Below, piece by piece: positions 1 to 7,045 of a DNA stretch of 64,000 nt (within the stretch, counting starts at the first letter, position 1; each line of letters opens with the position of its first letter). This stretch comes from Escherichia phage vB_EcoM-Ro121c4YLVW. The notes beneath the pieces are model-generated. The model was not told where the DNA came from. It ran no database searches and saw nothing but the letters and a program-made list of their open reading frames with translations. Where the stretch lies: the sequence record NC_052654.1. One strand, written 5' to 3'. The position numbers and the translations under genes are program-made.

Positions 1-253
1 CAAAGTAAGGTGTTACCAATTCTAAACGCTTATTCTTAGGGTTGTATTGGTAAATATCCTCTCCCGAATATTCACTAATCTGTTTCCAACCATCTTTTGT
101 AAGATATTCCGTTTCAGCAGAAACACATCCAGCGGCACCACCATAAATCATAACTTCTGGCATTAAATCCATTGCAAGAGTCTGTTTACCTGGTTGAGCC
201 TTTACTTCAATATCTACTCCAGCTAAACTACCTGCTGCCTTTTTCTTTGCCAC
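1..253 (-). CDS. 5' part of a gene continuing beyond the window start; N-terminus has a glycine-rich GGAAG followed by C-V-S-A-E-T (Hint/intein-like block A resemblance)
   Basis: Open minus-strand frame from GTG (253-251) to window edge, SD GGAGGG 3-4 nt upstream; translation (M)AKKKAAGSLAGVDIEVKAQPGKQTLAMDLMPEVMIYGGAAGCVSAETEYLTKDGWKQISEY... Confidence 0.35.
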   Translation of the reverse strand, partial: MAKKKAAGSLAGVDIEVKAQPGKQTLAMDLMPEVMIYGGAAGCVSAETEYLTKDGWKQISEYSGEDIYQYNPKNKRLELVTPYF

Positions 254-262
254 ATTCCCTCC

Positions 263-607
263 TTATTCAGCAATAATACCTTTTTCTTGCAGTGTTTTAA
301 TATATGTTTGTAAACCTAAAACCTTTCGTCTATCTTGCTCCCAAAGAGCGTTGTTTTGAGTTTGGTTGTTAACAACTTCAGATCTACTAACCCCTTTTGC
401 AATTTGATTTTTAGTGTATGGCACAGGTGTCGATACTTTATCCATCAAATCCGAATCTGGACCTTTAACCTTTTCTATGGCTACAGCCTTACACTCATCA
501 ATAAGAACTGGGGAAACTTTTGTTGATGATGAACAACCCGTCATCATTAGGGGCAAAGCAAGACATACTGCCAGAATTAGTTTTTGCATAATTCGTTGTA
601 TCCTCAT
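263..607 (-). CDS. outer-membrane lipoprotein, candidate o-spanin (signal peptide with lipobox-like LMMTGC)
   Basis: ORF track; N-terminal hydrophobic signal ending in Cys; overlaps the 3' end of the upstream TM/coiled-coil gene as in spanin pairs; true start may be the internal Met at 589. Confidence 0.45.
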   Translation of the reverse strand: MRIQRIMQKLILAVCLALPLMMTGCSSSTKVSPVLIDECKAVAIEKVKGPDSDLMDKVSTPVPYTKNQIAKGVSRSEVVNNQTQNNALWEQDRRKVLGLQTYIKTLQEKGIIAE

Positions 608-890
608 TGATCGTTTGTTTCTTCTTCTCTAAATCTGCTTTTAATTGTGCATTGTTTTTAGACAAGTTGTTTATTTGGGTATTTAATAATGCTCTTTCTT
701 CATCTGCTCTTTTTTGAAGAACATCAAAATCCTGTTTTGCTTTTGCTTGGGCTGCTTGATATAATTGCGCTTGATAGGCAACACCATCTTTGTAGCCAGA
801 CTCATGTATCTTGTTATAAGCAAACATTCCGGCAAGAATAAGAACAACAATTAAAACAAAACCTAATACAGTTTTAGTCTTTAGATTCAT
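498..890 (-). CDS. N-terminal transmembrane + coiled-coil protein, candidate i-spanin
   Basis: ORF track; TM helix (VLGFVLIVVLILAGMF) followed by Q/A/K-rich coiled coil; overlaps the lipoprotein gene. Confidence 0.45.
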   Translation of the reverse strand: MNLKTKTVLGFVLIVVLILAGMFAYNKIHESGYKDGVAYQAQLYQAAQAKAKQDFDVLQKRADEERALLNTQINNLSKNNAQLKADLEKKKQTINEDTTNYAKTNSGSMSCFAPNDDGLFIINKSFPSSY

Positions 891-1089
891 TATCTTCTAC
901 TTCCTCATAAAATTTTATTTTAGGAAGAGAAGGGGCGTTGTTAACTATCTTCTTCACTTCCATCGGTTGAGCCTCCACTAGGATCTCTTCCCACGTCTTC
1001 TCTGTCATCATAAAGTTCTTCCTCCAAGTTCCAAGCCCGTGTGTAATCATTCTTTTTATCTTTATGATAAGAAGAACGGTTAAAATCAT
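874..1089 (-). CDS. hypothetical protein
   Basis: ORF track; co-oriented with neighbours. Confidence 0.3.
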   Translation of the reverse strand: MILTVLLIIKIKRMITHGLGTWRKNFMMTEKTWEEILVEAQPMEVKKIVNNAPSLPKIKFYEEVEDNESKD

Positions 1090-1169
1090 TTTTAACTACA
1101 AAATTGCGCATATTTTATCCTCCTCATATCTGATCTTATCACAAAAGTATATACAATTGCAAGCATTAA

Positions 1170-1203
1170 AAATAAAAAGCCCCTAACCTTTCGGAGAGGG
1201 GTG
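1170..1203 (-). terminator. intrinsic terminator (GC hairpin CCCCT..AGGGG followed by T-tract on minus strand)
   Basis: Hairpin and CTTTTTATTTTT read on minus strand immediately downstream of the 1253..1549 gene stop. Confidence 0.45.
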
Positions 1204-1252
1204 TTAAAAATAACAAGGAGGAGGGGGGCAAAGCCCCAAGAGAGGAGAGGGA

Positions 1253-1549
1253 TTAGATTACGATCTTTTTAGGAACGTCATCTGTATTCTGCACGGCAGG
1301 AGTTTCTTCTTCCATAGCTTCATAATGTTCTTCTAACCATTCTTCTACTTGCTCTTTAATAGCTTTAGCTGCTTGGAAGCGGAGAGGTTTTGCTGCATCC
1401 TTATCATTAACAAGTTCAACAATATATCGCATAGCTTCTAAATAATGCTCTGCAAATAATTCTTTTACACTTGCTTGCGCCGCATCCATTGCGTAGATCT
1501 GTTGCATTTCGGCTGTTGGTCTTCCACGACCACGTTTTAGTTTAGGCAT
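1253..1549 (-). CDS. small DNA-binding protein with AT-hook-like motif (KRGRGRP)
   Basis: ORF track; N-terminal PKLKRGRGRPTA matches the AT-hook RGRP core; rest acidic helical. Confidence 0.45.
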   Translation of the reverse strand: MPKLKRGRGRPTAEMQQIYAMDAAQASVKELFAEHYLEAMRYIVELVNDKDAAKPLRFQAAKAIKEQVEEWLEEHYEAMEEETPAVQNTDDVPKKIVI

Positions 1550-1616
1550 AATAAAATCCTCCTAAACTTTATCTTAACATATAAAAAATAATAAGTCAAG
1601 TTTTATTCAATAGATA

Positions 1617-1641
1617 GCAAAAAGCCTCCAATAAGGAGGCT
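1617..1641 (-). terminator. intrinsic terminator closing the tRNA operon (AGCCTCC-aataa-GGAGGCT hairpin + TTTTT on minus strand)
   Basis: Perfect 7-bp inverted repeat followed, on the minus strand, by a T-run; lies downstream of the last tRNA. Confidence 0.55.
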
Positions 1642-1756
1642 AGTAAATACTGTTAAGTTGAAATGCTTTATTATAATTGTGCGTTAATGAGTCGCACCCC
1701 TCCATCTTAGAAGGAACCAGGCAAGGTCTTCAAAGATACCGCTGGCAAGCGATATT

Positions 1757-1835
1757 TGGAGGCGGGAATCGGATTTGAACCGATGATCTCCAGCATATGA
1801 AACTGGCGAGGACGACCAGACTCCTCTATCCCGCT
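1757..1835 (-). tRNA. tRNA with anticodon CAU (Met or Ile2/lysidine)
   Basis: Hand fold: T-arm ATCGG-TTCAAAT-CCGAT, anticodon stem CCAGT/GCTGG, loop TTCATAT, CCA encoded; A1-C72 mismatch at acceptor end. Confidence 0.6.
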
Positions 1836-1841
1836 ATTATG

Positions 1842-1911
1842 TATCCCGTGCTGGATTCGAACCAGCATCACAATAAGCTGTGGAACTCTTATCCTGTAAG
1901 TCTAACGGGAA
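1842..1911 (-). tRNA. tRNA-like gene with non-canonical anticodon arm (4-bp stem CACA/TGTG with 6-nt loop); possible pseudo-tRNA
   Basis: Canonical T-arm GCTGG-TTCGAAT-CCAGC and 6-bp acceptor pairing, but no 5-bp stem / 7-nt loop anticodon arm can be drawn; about 70 nt. Confidence 0.35.
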
Positions 1912-1913
1912 AC

Positions 1914-1987
1914 TGGTTGTTTCGACAAGAATCGAACTTGTGTCTCACGATTATCAGTCGTGGGTTCTACCATTGAACTACGAAACA
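1914..1987 (-). tRNA. tRNA-Ile (anticodon GAU)
   Basis: Hand fold: acceptor TGTTTCG/CGAAACA, D-arm GTTC..GAAC, anticodon stem CACGA/TCGTG, loop CTGATAA, T-loop TTCGATT, CCA encoded. Confidence 0.7.
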
Positions 1988-1993
1988 TTTAAT

Positions 1994-2070
1994 TGGTCGG
2001 GACGGAGTGATTCGAACACTCGACCTCTCGCTCCCAAAGCGAGCGCACTACCAAGCTGTGCTACGTCCCG
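1994..2070 (-). tRNA. tRNA-Pro (anticodon UGG)
   Basis: Hand fold: acceptor CGGGACG/CGTCCCG, anticodon stem CTCGC/GCGAG, loop TTTGGGA, T-arm GAGTG-TTCGAAT-CACTC, CCA encoded. Confidence 0.7.
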
Positions 2071-2163
2071 TGATAACATTCTAAAGGTACACCGCAAAAG
2101 AAAGTGTTCGGCGGCTCCTCGTTTTTAACTTCACACTTAAGGTAGTGACTCACCTTTGTTATA

Positions 2164-2239
2164 TGGCTGGTCTGTCTGGATTTGAACCAAACCTACGACA
2201 GTCAAAGTGTCGTGTGCTACCGGACTACACTACAAACCA
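2164..2239 (-). tRNA. tRNA-Gln (anticodon UUG)
   Basis: Hand fold: acceptor TGGTTTG/CAGACCA, anticodon stem CGACA/TGTCG, loop CTTTGAC, T-loop TTCAAAT, CCA encoded, 76 nt. Confidence 0.65.
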
Positions 2240-2337
2240 ATAAATCATTTAATGAAGGGCAACCAGAAGAAGTGTGAGAGAAGGAGAAAACCATGAGTAA
2301 AAGAGAAAGTTTTCTGGCAACCCTTTATTAAATAATT

Positions 2338-2411
2338 TGGAGCGTTCTACGAGGATCGAACTCGTGCCGCCGACTTGGAAGGACGGAATGCTACCGCTAC
2401 ACCAAGAACGC
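2338..2411 (-). tRNA. tRNA-Gly (anticodon UCC)
   Basis: Hand fold: acceptor GCGTTCT/AGAACGC, T-arm ACGAG-TTCGATC-CTCGT, anticodon loop CTTCCAA (one T-T in stem), CCA encoded. Confidence 0.6.
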
Positions 2412-2422
2412 CATATATATTT

Positions 2423-2452
2423 ACTATACTACATTTTACTATTTGTTGTCAA
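2423..2452 (-). promoter_or_regulatory. sigma70-like promoter inside the tRNA cluster (TTGACA-N18-TATAGT on minus strand)
   Basis: Consensus -35 with near-consensus -10 read on minus strand, directly upstream of tRNA-Gly. Confidence 0.5.
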
Positions 2453-2725
2453 GACTTTTATTGATTGGGACAGTGACGAGTATCCCGTTGGGTGACTAGC
2501 CCTACGTTCGGTAAGCTAACTTAAAATAATACAAAACCAAAGTCAAATATTATTCTTCGTTGCTGTCGATGGGAGAGCCGCTTCTCATTTTGCCCCATCC
2601 AACCCTACTCCGGTCAAGTTTCGGGTGACTCTTTTTGTGATCAACACAATACTAAGAACACTGTCTTTCGAGCAGACCTTGTGCACAGGATACGACGATC
2701 AATCACAGTGCTCTTAATGTTGTGT
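2453..2725 (-). ncRNA. non-tRNA spacer inside tRNA operon; candidate stable small RNA(s)
   Basis: About 270 bp between tRNA-Thr and the internal promoter with no ORF and no T-loop motif; T4 carries non-tRNA stable RNAs in its tRNA region. Confidence 0.25.
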
Positions 2726-2800
2726 TGGTGCTCCCACACTGAATCGAACAGAGATCCACGGATTACAAAACCGTTGTAATAGCCATTATACTATAGGAGC
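2726..2800 (-). tRNA. tRNA-Thr (anticodon UGU)
   Basis: Hand fold: acceptor GCTCCTA/TGGGAGC (one G-U), anticodon stem ACGGT/TCCGT, loop TTTGTAA, T-loop TTCGATT, CCA encoded. Confidence 0.6.
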
Positions 2801-2806
2801 AATGCT

Positions 2807-2884
2807 GGGACTCGGCAGGATTCGATACCTGCAATTCCAGAAGCCTATTGGCGACTGGGGGGTTTACCTTAACTCTACAAGTCC
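2807..2884 (-). tRNA. tRNA-like gene with aberrant D/anticodon region (anticodon not assignable)
   Basis: Good acceptor pairing GGACTTG/CGAGTCC and T-arm GCAGG..CCTGC (8-nt loop TATCGAAT), but the central region (CCCCCC run) does not give a canonical anticodon arm; no CCA encoded. Confidence 0.3.
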
Positions 2885-2891
2885 ATAATTC

Positions 2892-2977
2892 TGGCGATGA
2901 GTATAGGATTCGAACCTATATTGTTCTTTCGAACACGGATTAACAGTCCGCCGCTTAAACCATTCAGCCAACTCATC
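2892..2977 (-). tRNA. type II (long variable arm) tRNA with anticodon GUU (Asn-decoding anticodon on a Tyr-like body)
   Basis: Hand fold: acceptor GATGAGT/ACTCATC, anticodon stem GCGGA/TCCGT, loop CTGTTAA, variable-arm hairpin GTTC-GAAA-GAAC, T-arm ATAGG-TTCGAAT-CCTAT, CCA encoded. Confidence 0.5.
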
Positions 2978-2983
2978 TTAATT

Positions 2984-3071
2984 TGGTGGTGAGTGATGGA
3001 GTCGAACCACCCGAATCGCAATGATAACAGATTTACAGTCTGCCCCGCTACCCCTACGGAATTAACTCACC
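2984..3071 (-). tRNA. tRNA-Tyr (anticodon GUA), type II
   Basis: Hand fold: acceptor GGTGAGT/ACTCACC, anticodon stem GCAGA/TCTGT, loop CTGTAAA, long variable arm, T-loop TTCGACT, CCA encoded. Confidence 0.6.
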
Positions 3072-3201
3072 TAAATACTAATATTTAAATTCTTTTTAAA
3101 ATAGCCAGTGTTCACACCACTAACTATGAGGTATCGGTAAAGTGGTTACCGCCACTTGCCGAAGATTTACTCTGCTAAAGTAAGCTACATTAAAAAGAAC
3201 T

Positions 3202-3287
3202 TGGCGGTAGATGTAGGACTCGAACCTACACGCCGTTTCCGACTACAGTTTAGCAAACTGTCGTGGCTACCATTTCACCAATCTACC
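3202..3287 (-). tRNA. tRNA-Ser (anticodon GCU), type II
   Basis: Hand fold: acceptor GGTAGAT/ATCTACC, anticodon stem ACAGT/ACTGT, loop TTGCTAA, long variable arm, T-arm TGTAGG-TTCGAGT-CCTACA, CCA encoded. Confidence 0.65.
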
Positions 3288-3292
3288 TAATC

Positions 3293-3383
3293 TGGCGGAA
3301 GGAGGGAGAGTCGAACTCCCAAGGCTCTTTCAAGCTCGGCGGTTTTCAAGACCGTTTTCGTCGCCACATCGATTTGCCCTTCC
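3293..3383 (-). tRNA. tRNA-Ser (anticodon UGA), type II
   Basis: Hand fold: acceptor GGAAGGG/TCCTTCC, anticodon stem CGGT/ACCG, loop CTTGAAA, long variable arm, T-arm GGGAG-TTCGACT-CTCCC, CCA encoded. Confidence 0.6.
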
Positions 3384-3617
3384 ATACTTATAATCTAACA
3401 TAAAATAATGTTTGTTGTCAATAGTTTTTTAAAACATTTTACCATGAATGGTGACTCCACCAACCCCCGTTCTCCACGAACGGTGCTCTTCGAGCATTTA
3501 TGTCTTCTAATATAACCGTGGCCTTTGTTTATAATGTCTGACATACTTGCCTCATTCTCTGCCACCATGATCAGTAGTGGGTTCAAATCACTTGAGCTAA
3601 TTCATGTTAAAATGTTC

Positions 3618-3692
3618 TGGTGTCTTTACAAGGAATCGAACCTTGACTAAGAGTTTAGAAGACTCCTGTGCTATCCATTACACCATAAAGAC
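3618..3692 (-). tRNA. tRNA-Arg (anticodon UCU)
   Basis: Hand fold: acceptor GTCTTTA/TAAAGAC, anticodon stem GGAGT/ACTCT, loop CTTCTAA, T-arm CAAGG-TTCGATT-CCTTG, CCA encoded. Confidence 0.7.
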
Positions 3693-3694
3693 TT

Positions 3695-3769
3695 TGGTGG
3701 CCCTGGCTGGTTTCGATCCAGCTACCTATCGGTTATGAGCCGACAGCTCTCCCATTGAGCTACAGGGCC
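3695..3769 (-). tRNA. tRNA with anticodon CAU (Met elongator or Ile2)
   Basis: Hand fold: acceptor GGCCCTG/CAGGGCC, D-arm GCTC-AATGGGAGA-GC, anticodon loop CTCATAA, T-arm GCTGG-ATCGAAA-CCAGC, CCA encoded. Confidence 0.65.
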
Positions 3770-4015
3770 ATAAATGTGGTAACAGAGACGCTGACGATTG
3801 TAGAGAACCGCTACATTCTCTAAGACCAAGCCCAACTTTCAGCGTAAAAGTTCTTGAGCCGAGACTATTCCTTTTCCTCTTTGGTAGCTAACCTCTGAAG
3901 AAGTAGTCTCTAACACTACCGCAGTGCAAGCCCCTCTTAACAAAAGTCAACGACCCTGTTACCACACTTGATGAACGTATCCTAACATATGAAGGATACG
4001 TTTGTCAATAGTTAT

Positions 4016-4264
4016 TTAAGCATATTCTGCTACTTCTTCACTATCTTTCTTTTCCAGAAGAGCAACAACCAAAGCTTCTGCGTTAAAAGTGTTAATTTCA
4101 AGATCCATCTCTCGCATCAGAGCCAAGAAATCAATAACTTTAACATCTTTAGTGATTACAATAGAAGTTGTACCATTGTTTTCAGATGTGTATTTTTCTG
4201 GATGGAAAAGAAAAACTGCATTGCCGTTACCATCTTCAAACACGTGTTTTTCTAATAGAGACAT
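4016..4264 (-). CDS. hypothetical protein
   Basis: ORF track, start moved to internal Met (MSLLEKH) preceded by AGGAGG. Confidence 0.45.
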   Translation of the reverse strand: MSLLEKHVFEDGNGNAVFLFHPEKYTSENNGTTSIVITKDVKVIDFLALMREMDLEINTFNAEALVVALLEKKDSEEVAEYA

Positions 4265-4272
4265 TGTTCCTC

Positions 4273-4524
4273 CTAATCTGTTAGTTGTTCGTCCTCTACC
4301 AAGTTTGACACGAGAACGTCTGTTATACATTGATGCTGATAAACCCTTTCGGGACTATCATCAAAAGCCAAACCTGTGCAAATAGAACAGAGGTCTGATT
4401 CCTTGATGACTCCATTTTTATCACGTCTGGAGTGGTTTGTCAAATGCCTATTACAAGCACGGCACCTAAAATAAAAACTATTTTGCATATATCCTTCGAA
4501 CCCCAAATGGGGAGTGATCGGCAT
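4273..4524 (-). CDS. hypothetical Cys-rich (zinc-binding?) protein
   Basis: ORF track; CxxC...CxxC pattern. Confidence 0.3.
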   Translation of the reverse strand: MPITPHLGFEGYMQNSFYFRCRACNRHLTNHSRRDKNGVIKESDLCSICTGLAFDDSPERVYQHQCITDVLVSNLVEDEQLTD

Positions 4525-4561
4525 CTCCTCACTTCTAGTTTAGCACGAAGGATATCTTAAG

Positions 4562-4747
4562 TCAACTAGGAATAATTTTATCCTTTTTGGTTTCATAACC
4601 AGTCCAATCTAAATCCTCCCAGCCTTCATCATCGTCTAACACATTGTCATCGTCATAAGATGCAATGTTATAAATAGAACGTGGATTACAAGACATACAA
4701 TCTTTAATAGGTACATGATGCCATTTGCACGGATTCTCGCTAATCAT
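4562..4747 (-). CDS. hypothetical acidic protein
   Basis: ORF track; SD GGAGGTG 5 nt upstream of ATG. Confidence 0.45.
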   Translation of the reverse strand: MISENPCKWHHVPIKDCMSCNPRSIYNIASYDDDNVLDDDEGWEDLDWTGYETKKDKIIPS

Positions 4748-4772
4748 TGCACACCTCCATTCTTGTTAAGAT

Positions 4773-4977
4773 GTTCCGTACTGTACTTCATACTGATCTA
4801 TAGATCAAGTATTATTTATAATAATTTATTATTTTATTTTTAATTGATAGAAGTTGATCTGTACGTACCAGTTCTGATACACTGTACCTGTTTGTTAGAT
4901 CTAATAATTATTTATTATTAATATTTAATAATTATTAATCTAGTACGGAGTACAGTACTTGAGTACAGAGTACTACA
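4773..4977. repeat. AT-rich divergent intergenic region flanked by GTAC-rich imperfect inverted repeats (GTACTGTAC / GTACAGTAC) with GATC palindromes
   Basis: Direct reading: ccgtactgtacttcatactg at about 4775 and gtacggagtacagtacttgagtacagagtac at about 4945 flank about 150 bp of more than 85% A+T; sits between minus- and plus-strand gene blocks. Confidence 0.5.
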
Positions 4978-5227
4978 TCAACAACCTAAAACCTTAACTC
5001 GCTGCGCTCGTTAATAGATTTCTAGGGTAGCATACTTCGAACACAAAAGTCAAGAGTTTTATTAAAATTATTTTCTGTGTGCAAAAACCTTGCTTAAACA
5101 GGTAGCAATAGTATAGCCTATAACATAAGCTTCATAAGAGGCTCGTAGAGCAAGTTCACTTACTAGGTAAGGTGATTTATCATCTTATATATAAAAAGTG
5201 CGTCAGAGACGCGTTTAGGAGGCTAGA

Positions 5228-5551
5228 ATGAGATTTACAAGACAAGAGGTAGTTGTGCTGGACGAAGCAATGACAATGATCGTCTTTTACTACGAGGATA
5301 TCTTCTGTGCAGCATATCATTTAAATGACATTCAGATCGAATGGCAGCAGATAGCATTTTTGTTGGACAAGAGTACTCATTTGGATGGCTTTGAGTATTT
5401 GGAATGGGATGGTGCAAAGGAAGTTAAAATTGTAGGGTTAAATCACGATCAGATTGTTGACATGCAATGTAAGTTGTGTCATTATCAGTTCTCAAACAAA
5501 GTCAAACTCGAAAGGCAATTGGAGGTGGTTAAAGATGATAGCACTAATTAG
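5228..5551 (+). CDS. hypothetical protein
   Basis: ORF track; SD AGGAGG upstream. Confidence 0.5.
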   Translation: MRFTRQEVVVLDEAMTMIVFYYEDIFCAAYHLNDIQIEWQQIAFLLDKSTHLDGFEYLEWDGAKEVKIVGLNHDQIVDMQCKLCHYQFSNKVKLERQLEVVKDDSTN

Positions 5552-5651
5552 TGAGAATCCAGTCCTGACAACAATTGTTCTGATTTTTGCCATGTGTGTG
5601 GTTCACGATGTTCTGGTAAGTTATTTTGACAACAAAGGAGGTAAGAAATGA
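5535..5651 (+). CDS. small membrane protein (38 aa)
   Basis: Internal Met of ORF 5454..5651 preceded by GGAGGTGG; hydrophobic helix. Confidence 0.35.
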   Translation: MIALISENPVLTTIVLIFAMCVVHDVLVSYFDNKGGKK

Positions 5652-5842
5652 AAGACGTTATTCAAATGGTATTCCGTGTAACTCTAGATGGTATACACGT
5701 TGTTAAAGGCACACAGAACTACACAGAAGCGAAAGAACACTTCTTAGAGTGGATTGATACACTGAAGACACAAGATGTGTCCTACAGCCGTGTTACGCTT
5801 ACTGGCGACCATACCCCAATCATGGAGTACGTAAAGAAATGA
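5648..5842 (+). CDS. hypothetical protein
   Basis: ORF track; SD AAGGAGG; stop/start overlap with neighbours. Confidence 0.5.
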   Translation: MKDVIQMVFRVTLDGIHVVKGTQNYTEAKEHFLEWIDTLKTQDVSYSRVTLTGDHTPIMEYVKK

Positions 5843-6078
5843 GCAACTATCCAATTACAGGCGTAACCTATTCTTGTGTAGCAAAAGGTGGTTTATATAC
5901 GGTAGTGGAATTTCCAAAACCTGCCGGAATATCTAAAGTGTTTGATCCTGTGGTTATCTATGAAGATCTTAGAACAGGTCAACGTTACTGGAGATTTGTG
6001 AATGACTTTTTAGATCGTATGGAGGTAGTAAGTGGCGAAAACACCGAAGAAGTTATCAAAGCCAAAGAACGTTACTAA
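5839..6078 (+). CDS. hypothetical protein
   Basis: ORF track; start overlaps upstream stop. Confidence 0.45.
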   Translation: MSNYPITGVTYSCVAKGGLYTVVEFPKPAGISKVFDPVVIYEDLRTGQRYWRFVNDFLDRMEVVSGENTEEVIKAKERY

Positions 6079-6385
6079 GAAACCGAAAAACGAGGTTCTC
6101 AAAGTAGCCAAATCAGTTCCTAAGAAAGATAAATTTGATACGGAGGCATTCGTCTTTGACACACCAATCGAGAAGATTGAAGAAGCGTTGCAACGTCTTG
6201 AGGAGCAGGAGGCAGATCCAATGGCTGAACCACTCACGGCAGACCAAATTTATTGGTGGGGAATATGGACTTTGCAACTACCAGAAGCAAAAAGAAGGGG
6301 AATGACTTCGGTTCCTACTTGTGCAAAAGAAGCGGCTGTGTTAGGTTTGTATGAGAAATCTAAAAAGAGGAGCAAAAAGAAATGA
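6032..6385 (+). CDS. hypothetical lysine-rich protein (GTG start)
   Basis: ORF track; GGAGG upstream of GTG; overlaps 3' end of upstream gene by 47 nt. Confidence 0.4.
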   Translation: MAKTPKKLSKPKNVTKKPKNEVLKVAKSVPKKDKFDTEAFVFDTPIEKIEEALQRLEEQEADPMAEPLTADQIYWWGIWTLQLPEAKRRGMTSVPTCAKEAAVLGLYEKSKKRSKKK

Positions 6386-6663
6386 TCAAGACTTTCCTGA
6401 AGTGTGTAAAAGCAACAGATAACGAGTGGTACTCTGGATTATTCACTGCTGGCAAGAAATACGAGATCCTCAACGGGACAGGCAAGAAGTTTTCTCTCGT
6501 TGTAAACGATGAAGGCACGAAGCAAATGGTATTTGCTGAAAGTTCTGTTTATGGTATTTTTGAAGTAGTGCAAGAAGGCTCTCCAATGATTCTGGAATAT
6601 CATGGCACTAATAAACCATATACTACTATGGATGTTATCAACAATAAGAGGAATGCAAAATGA
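6382..6663 (+). CDS. hypothetical protein
   Basis: ORF track; ATGA stop-start overlap. Confidence 0.5.
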   Translation: MIKTFLKCVKATDNEWYSGLFTAGKKYEILNGTGKKFSLVVNDEGTKQMVFAESSVYGIFEVVQEGSPMILEYHGTNKPYTTMDVINNKRNAK

Positions 6664-6842
6664 TTTTACTTTATTCCGGTAAGGCGAAATACATGCAAGG
6701 TGTTAAACGTGTAGAGGTTACTAAGACAGTAACAATCGGAAAATCTTTTATAGTTTATTATTTCATTATTAATGGGAAGGAGTATGCTGTAGCAAAAACC
6801 TTGGTTGATAATGGTAAAACGTGGAAAGTGGAGGCACTATGA
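6660..6842 (+). CDS. hypothetical protein
   Basis: ORF track; ATGA overlap. Confidence 0.45.
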   Translation: MILLYSGKAKYMQGVKRVEVTKTVTIGKSFIVYYFIINGKEYAVAKTLVDNGKTWKVEAL

Positions 6843-7045
6843 TCCCTGTAGCTGGGTGGGTGGTATTGGCAACACTTAATGGGAATGTTACTGTGGAGAC
6901 TAAAACCATCTTCAAAGCACCAGAAGATTGCTATAACTCCTTGGTAACTTGGCCTCGTGATGATGATGATAAGGCAGAGTATCAGTGTTTTTACATTGAG
7001 GGTAATCCTGTAGAATTTGAGGTTAAAGTGAAGGAGGAAAAATGA
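6839..7045 (+). CDS. hypothetical protein
   Basis: Internal Met of ORF 6821..7045 preceded by GGAGG. Confidence 0.45.
   Translation: MIPVAGWVVLATLNGNVTVETKTIFKAPEDCYNSLVTWPRDDDDKAEYQCFYIEGNPVEFEVKVKEEK

Noticed and set aside
1880-2128. Plus-strand ORF (82 aa) in the ORF track
   Set aside because: Lies entirely across three minus-strand tRNA genes (Ile, Pro and a tRNA-like); no SD; product rich in Ser/Arg as expected from antisense of structured RNA.
3395-3586. Minus-strand 63-aa ORF between tRNA-Ser and tRNA-Arg
   Set aside because: No ribosome-binding site and embedded in the tRNA operon; more likely a spacer or untranslated RNA; left unannotated.
3989-4385. Plus-strand ORFs 3989..4255 and 4089..4385
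   Set aside because: Antisense to better-supported minus-strand genes with SDs; low-complexity, Phe/Ile-rich products.
5090-5120. T4 middle-mode (MotA-dependent) promoter TTGCTTAAA ... TAGTAT
   Set aside because: Single occurrence matched from memory of the consensus; not strong enough to annotate as a feature, mentioned only in the related finding.
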